In this document: one piece after another, positions 57,936 to 64,000 of the stretch
How the letters are laid out: each line of letters starts with the position of its first letter
Position numbering within the stretch: the first letter of the stretch is position 1
NCBI GenBank assembly: GCA_001244265.2
Contig: CDLV01000012.1
Coordinates: 1,178,001-1,242,000 of the forward strand
Length of the DNA: 64,000 nt
Reading direction: 5' to 3'
DNA from: Microbotryum violaceum
Taxonomy: Eukaryota
Position numbers and translations under genes: made by a program
The notes under the pieces: generated by a model
What the model was told of the DNA's origin: nothing
Databases searched by the model: none
What the model saw: only the letters and a program-made list of their open reading frames with translations

Positions 57936-59704
57936 TCATGATACATGATCCCTCAAAGGCGCGATCCCAACCGAAGGTTGGCCGTGTTTCGAATAATTGA
58001 AGACCGAATAAACTGTCTTGAGGAACGAATCCCCTAGGATAGCCATCGATTCTCCTTTCGAGTTTTGAAATTGATCATCGGCGAAAATGCCGAACGTGCA
58101 TTGGCTCGGATGGGCTTCATCATAGATACCCATTTGAAGATCGACCAACGGGATCTTATACATTTGACCACCAAACGAGAAACCGAAAGACCCCATTGAG
58201 TGCGAGTTGCACGGCATCGTAATGATCCCGTCGGAGCGAAGCTTGCTGCCGCCAGGCAGGTGCTTGACGAGATGTTGCGCGACCAGGGTGGGGACTTTAA
58301 CCAACGCTGATCCCGTATCGAACGCGGCGAGCATCTTGGTCCCTTTGATCAGGGTATTTCCGATGACCATGCCGTCGCATTGAACTTGCCATAGCTCTGT
58401 CTCCTTCACAGGGAGGTAGTTCAACTTGCCTTTGAACATGGAATCGTCGATGCATCCGACACACATCTCACCTCCGGTTGTGTGACCCCGTTGAAGGTGG
58501 AAACTTGCGACAGGAAGGGGAAGAACATGATCGCCATTTCCATGGATAAGGTTCTCCATGAATGAGGTGACATCCATGCTTGAACTAGCGGGGAAAGCGA
58601 GACCCATCACACCGTCGATCTTGAACCCATCGAGCACGGCAAGGGTTTTATTCGCGACTCCGAATTGTTGGTGCAGAATGACGTAGCCCCCGACGGACAC
58701 CCTGTCTGATACCGAGGTGCCTTCGAGACTTCCGGAACCGTAGACCACGCCCCATTTGTTCGGATGCACGCTCTGGGCGAAAGTGCGAGACTTTTGAGCG
58801 TCAAATTTGGTGTGCGGGTGTTTTGTCACGGCGTCGGCTCCTAGGACCCAAGTACTGGACGATGTAGAAGGCTAGCTTATTTGAGCGGCTGAAATCGGGA
58901 CCGGCGATTTTACGATGACTTACTCCCCCGAACCAGTGTCAAAGTCAATCATTAGACTCTGAGCAGGCGTTCCAAATGAAACAAATCCTGCGTAAGCAGC
59001 GTCGTGAAAGTCTGGTTTCGATATATGGAGCCAGAGGTAATCAGTGAGACCGGGCTCTCGTGCAGGACACTACATAGTATAGTTATCATCAATAACCCAC
59101 CCACATCAAACAAAGGCACGCGTCCCCGACCTTTCTCTTGGTGCCGAAATTCCCGTCTGGGGGCCAGACGCTTGACCTCCTCAAGCGACGGTCGTCTTTC
59201 GATCGCTTGAGCGACTTCGAACAGGGCCTTTTGGCGAAGACGAACCTGGGCCGCTTTCTTCTCGTCAGATAAGTTAATTTGGCGGTTTCGAAACGTTTTG
59301 GTGTACTTCTGAGAAATTCGGGTATCCTCTTTTTGGAATGCTCTGAGATGAATTTTGGACACCGCGCAGGACATGAGTCATTCATACTTTGTGGCCTCCG
59401 AACCGGGATACAAAATGCTGCATGCGGCTCGGACCTCGTTGGCGGGTCTCACAGATGTCGACACCGAAGCAGCATCCCCGATTCGCCCCGATCCACGCAC
59501 CAACCACATTCAGCCAGGATCAACTCACACCATGTCAAACACACCATCATTTACGAACTTGGGCGAACGTCGAGCAAGGCGAAGCTTGTAACCACCGTGG
59601 GGGCGAACGTGCGACGTGTTGTCACTGTGGTGGTGTTGTGCCAAACCGAGCGCGAAGGAGCTTGCGAGCAAGGTGGACGTAACGATGGAGAGTGGTAGCA
59701 GCAT
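57936..59704 (-). CDS. Secreted pepsin-like (A1) aspartic protease
   Basis: Signal peptide MLLPLSIVTSTLLASSFALG. Catalytic DFDTGS and FDTGS motifs, YGSGS flap, DGVMGLAF, ILGDSFLK. Confidence 0.88.
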
Positions 59705-62316
59705 CGTTCAGCAGTCCTGATGAACGATTGTGTGGTGAGGTTACCGAAGTGATGCTGGCGGCTCGATCAACGGAGCAGGACTCCAGTGAATAGGAGGCTG
59801 CGAAGAACGAATCGCGGAGGGGAAGAAGGTGGTGAGGCCGAAACGACTGAGGGCAAGCTGCTGGCTCTTTGGCGATGTGGAATCAAGTACTAAAGACTCC
59901 ACATGGAATTTGGGCGCCTTCTCGACTCCTGAGTACTGAACCTCGATCGCTGCGGGCTCTAACAGGCTCTCCTTTCATCGTCCAGCGCAGCAGCCGAGGA
60001 GACCCCTGACAACTTGCCAATTGCGGAGGCCCCTGCTACGCAGCATCGCGCTTGCGTAGGCGATGCATTTCCACCGCTTTGAAAGTCTGCCCCAGAGAGA
60101 TATGTTGAACACCCTGACACCGTTCCTTGCTGCGTACAAAGCGGACAGGCTGGCACGGAACACTACTAGCTTCTGCGTCTGCGTTCACCACCTGTAGGGA
60201 CGGGTGCGTTCCTCACTCCTAAATCACCTCCCACTGCGCCGACGAAGTCGCTGACCAAGCGTTCGGCTTTGGACGTTTACAGCTGCAAGCAGCTCGCCAC
60301 CACAAAGCCTCTACGTTACTCACCTTGAATAACTCGGAGTGAGTGCCTTGATACATCTGCGCTTGTCGCGACATGTACTCTGCATTTTGATTCCTACAAG
60401 ATAATTGTAAGCGCCGATCCTCTGCAGTTCTTTTCGGCAACACGCCGCTAATTGCATAACTCCCAGGCTCCAGCAGACGCTTTGCCTCCTTTCTCGCAAT
60501 CTGCACCGATCAGCCCTTAAACAAGTGACTTGTCTTTGTCGCAAAGGCATACTGAGACGATCGATGAACTTCTCCATCATAAATTGCAGCCCACTGACAT
60601 CTGCAAACCTTGCCTTAATCGCAAGGCTCCAAATCGTGATCCAAGCTCTTCTGGTTCGTAGTCTCGAAAATTACTGCCACCGCCACCACGAGACTCCCAA
60701 AGACGGCAATGTCAGGAGCATCGCTTCGGCCCCTCTTTTCGAAGTTTTCAACGTCTTCAGACGCCGACGCCACAGCTCCCGTCCTATGCCGTTTTGATAA
60801 AGTAAATTAGAAGATAGTGTAGGCTTTGACTTCCCAAGATGGCAAGGCGCAGTCTGACTAAGGAGTCCAGCATATTTGGTGACGACCTGGAACAATCCAC
60901 ATCGTCCAAATTTTCCCCTTTATTGCTATGACACCCTCGATAGATTTTTCTTGGTTTTTTACGTCTATTTTATAGATTAAAGGTTGCAGTAGCGCTGCTG
61001 TACGACTACCCCCTATGTCTCTGAAGAGTCTCCAACCTCCCACTAGCTAACTCCACTAGCCAACCTCCACACGAATTGTTTCGGTGTCGGTCAAGCTAGT
61101 GCCCGAAAGGAGGCACTATGCCAAACTAGCCTCCCGTTTGAGTCGTTTTGGGTAGTTGTTGTCGAGACAGCGGACAATGCGCAATCGATTACATAGGCTC
61201 GACGACTGTGCGAACGAAACAAAATATACCGATACCATTGTGCTCTTGTTAGACACAATTACGGACCGGTGACACGTGTCAACATTCACCAACTTGTACA
61301 TCAGCCGGCGTCAAAGTTGGACCGGGAAATCACTACCTCTTCCCCATCGGCGAACCGATTCAGAGTAGAAAGTCGGCGTCATCATCTTTCAGCCAGTAAC
61401 AGGATTTCATGACTCATGATGGGTGACATGCTCGACCACCCGTCGAACGATTCTGAACCACCCGCTTAATTTAGGGGCTGTATGCGTTCCGAGACCGAAG
61501 CCCCCTGTAAGGTTCGGCAGCCACCAAGTAGGTCCAAGCTCAACTTCGGACCGACTTGCCGGACCTCCCTTTCATTTACCTGCCTTTGACCGACAACCAT
61601 TGTGCATACCTTTGTCATCCTTCCCCATCTTTATCTTATCTCTCCCTATTGTCCTAGTTCTCCACAAAAAACCCATTGTCTACCTAGCTCCCTTTCACAC
61701 CTCCAGATTCCTTAAATAGCGATTGGTAGCTCTCTTCTCTCTTTTCCTCTCTTCTCATCCTTATCAGGACCCCCACTCTTGAATCCTGCTTGACAATCGA
61801 CTGGTTTTGGAACTGTCTATTCGTCACCCGACATCGAGAACACTATCGAGGAACCCGCTTTTACTTACGCCGCTGCTGCCGCTGCTGAGTAATCTGGGCT
61901 CCTTACACCCCCTCCCCGAAGCCGAACTCGGCCGAGTGAGCGCGGGATTGGCGGAGGACTTGCTCAGGTGTCTCCTTCTGGCGATGACCGCATTGGACAC
62001 TCGGTAAACTCCAAGTTATTGTGTTGCACGGACTCGCAGTTATCACACGGTGCCTTCCATAGGGAGGTCCTTAGTCTGCAGTGGTCCACGCCCCACAGAA
62101 AATATTGCCCGAGGGCCGGGGTGTCAGAACCCAATCATATCTGATTCTCTTCCAATCCTATTTACTTCTCATGCCACTATTTCACTTCTACTTTGCACTC
62201 CCTCTTTAGCCTATTCCCACTACGCCGGATCCCAGCACCTGATTGAGACTCGGTTGACACGTTGGCTTGGGTTGAAGTCGCGCGCCTTGCGGGCACTCGT
62301 CTCTCTTCCTTCTTCA

Positions 62317-62447
62317 TCCATCTTCCATCCTCAATCTTGTGCTTGTACTCAACCCCTTGAGTTGGGATTCAGGTCAGTCCTTTTGCAATGCTTGATCCAT
62401 CTTCCATCCTCAATCTTGTGCTCGTACTCAACCCCTTGAGTTGGGAT
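62317..62447. repeat. ~52-bp direct repeat x2 (79-bp period)
   Basis: tccatcttccatcctcaatcttgtgctYgtactcaaccccttgagttgggat at ~62317 and ~62396. Confidence 0.8.
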
Positions 62448-63049
62448 CCAGACTTCTAATACGGGGCTCGGACAAACTGACTGACAGAGCCAAACCGATT
62501 TCCTGCGCTTTCACTAGTTCAACTCGTGTCGGATCCAGCCCCGCTTCGATTGAAGGGAAGTTTCTCAAGCCCATCGTGTTCAGGCTCGGAGGAAAGCCCC
62601 GCGAGCGTGACGGCCGAAGCCAACCTTGCACAGTGAGTCGTCTTACCCAACTGTACATCGCATCCCAGCTTGACCTACCGAGCATGCCTTGTATCGTATA
62701 ACCGTACAAGCAATTACCTTGGGAGGGTTCTTTCATCCGGTCCAAGTTTGCCTAGTTTTAAGAAGAGTGAATCAGTGGACTGCGCGAATGCTATTTAGTC
62801 CTAATGATCCCATGGTAGCCCGAGACTAATGTTATTCCGTTCTACCATTCTTCGTTCGCTCACAGTGCAGTGTTTGACGCGTTCACGTCGCTCCTCAAGG
62901 CCACAACAGACACCTCGTCCGCTCCCAGTGACGCCCTGCTGCGAGGTGTGTTCCCCACCCTCAGCGTCACGCGAGTCAACAGTTTACGAGTCATGGAAAG
63001 GTCAGAATCATGCAATTCTTGCTTGGCTTGAGCTACTTTTGGAATAAGC

Positions 63050-64000
63050 TTACTCCTCTGCGACCAGGACCCTCTTAATCTGACGAATGATTCGACGTTG
63101 CTGTACACGGATGCGGGAGAGAGGACCGCGCGCTTGTCATTCGACGCTCCTATTGCGCTTTTGATTGCCCCCGGAGCAACGCAGACGACCTTGATGCCGA
63201 ATCCTGCGATTTAATGGTGAGTGGCAGTATCCAATTTCAGTCTCATTTTTTCAGCGTTGTAGAGTACAGTACTTCGCGATGCACATACCCCTGAGTTCCA
63301 TTCTGAGTGTGTCGCTGAGACTGTGCACGGCAGCTTTGGTCGCACAATAGACACCGGCCCACGGCGTCGGCACGTATGCGACGATTGATCCAATATTCAC
63401 AACTAGGCAAAAAGAGTCGTTCGAGCTGGCTAATAGTCCACTTCGAACTCTCGGTTGACTCACTTGTACCAGACCGTTGCTCTACCACGTGCGGCGCCCC
63501 GGCTTGAACCATCGTCAAAAGCCCGAAAACGTTGACGTCAAATGTCTTGCGGAGCTCAGCCGGATCGACCTCGATTAACGGTGCAACGCAACCTTGGCCT
63601 GCGTTGTTGATGCAGACGTCTGTGGGCAGCTCAAGAGAGGTTGGCTGCCGATTCCGAATCTAGCAGGGATGGCCTTCACTTGAGTTATCCCCTAGCTCAC
63701 CAATCTTGCCCGCTTGCCGAATGATCTCGGCGACGCCGGCCTTGACGGAGAGTTGACGTCGAGCTCGACCGGGATGATGCCTTGCGATAGGCCCTGCATC
63801 TTGTCAAGCGAGCGCGAGGGGGCGAAAACTCTGTGGCCCCTTCTGTTCCATTCTTCACAAAAGGCCCAACCTGATTGAGTGATGGGAAGTGATCATCGTT
63901 GTGATGTGTATAGGTAAGGTCAGTGGACGGCACTGATGAGTCAAGGGTAAGCTCAGCGGACGGCGTTCCACCTCATTCGACGAGTCAAAGATCATCAAAG
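63050..64000 (-). CDS. Short-chain dehydrogenase/reductase (Ayr1-like), 5' part beyond the window
   Basis: LDV, INNAG, FDVNVFG, VNIGS, YCATK (YxxxK), SLSDTLRMELRG|FGIKVVCVAPGAI. The 3' end is uncertain. Confidence 0.8.

Noticed and set aside
59900-62300. Short ORFs between the protease and the SDR gene
   Set aside because: No recognisable domains or consistent exon structure.

Overview
Intron-rich fungal genomic DNA, probably from a basidiomycete yeast or smut (Microbotryomycetes-like; the lineage is an inference). 1-22.6 kb holds a non-coding host transcript with two intronic C/D snoRNAs, followed by housekeeping genes: MTR3, CCDC124/Lso2-like, LisH-WD40, a tandem GST-kappa/DsbA protein, DUS3, ESA1, WEE1, BXI1 and HEM2. 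22.9-56.0 kb contains two identical tRNA-Asp(GTC) genes. Each has, starting 55-63 bp upstream, an array of poly(A)-tailed L1/Tx1-like non-LTR retrotransposons from four related families (called A-D here), oriented with their 5' ends facing the tRNA gene. Relayed target-site duplications suggest repeated insertion at the tRNA-proximal end. This is the main candidate novel system: tRNA-gene-targeted LINEs in a fungus, convergent with Dictyostelium TRE5. The arrays also contain a 15-kb head-to-head palindrome of two full-length family-B elements, a Ty1/Copia element nested in a LINE (itself interrupted by a solo-LTR-like insert), and an internally deleted family-D element. 56-64 kb holds a secreted aspartic protease and a partial short-chain dehydrogenase. 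Exon boundaries were read by eye. Many single-base homopolymer frameshifts in the repeats may be long-read errors.
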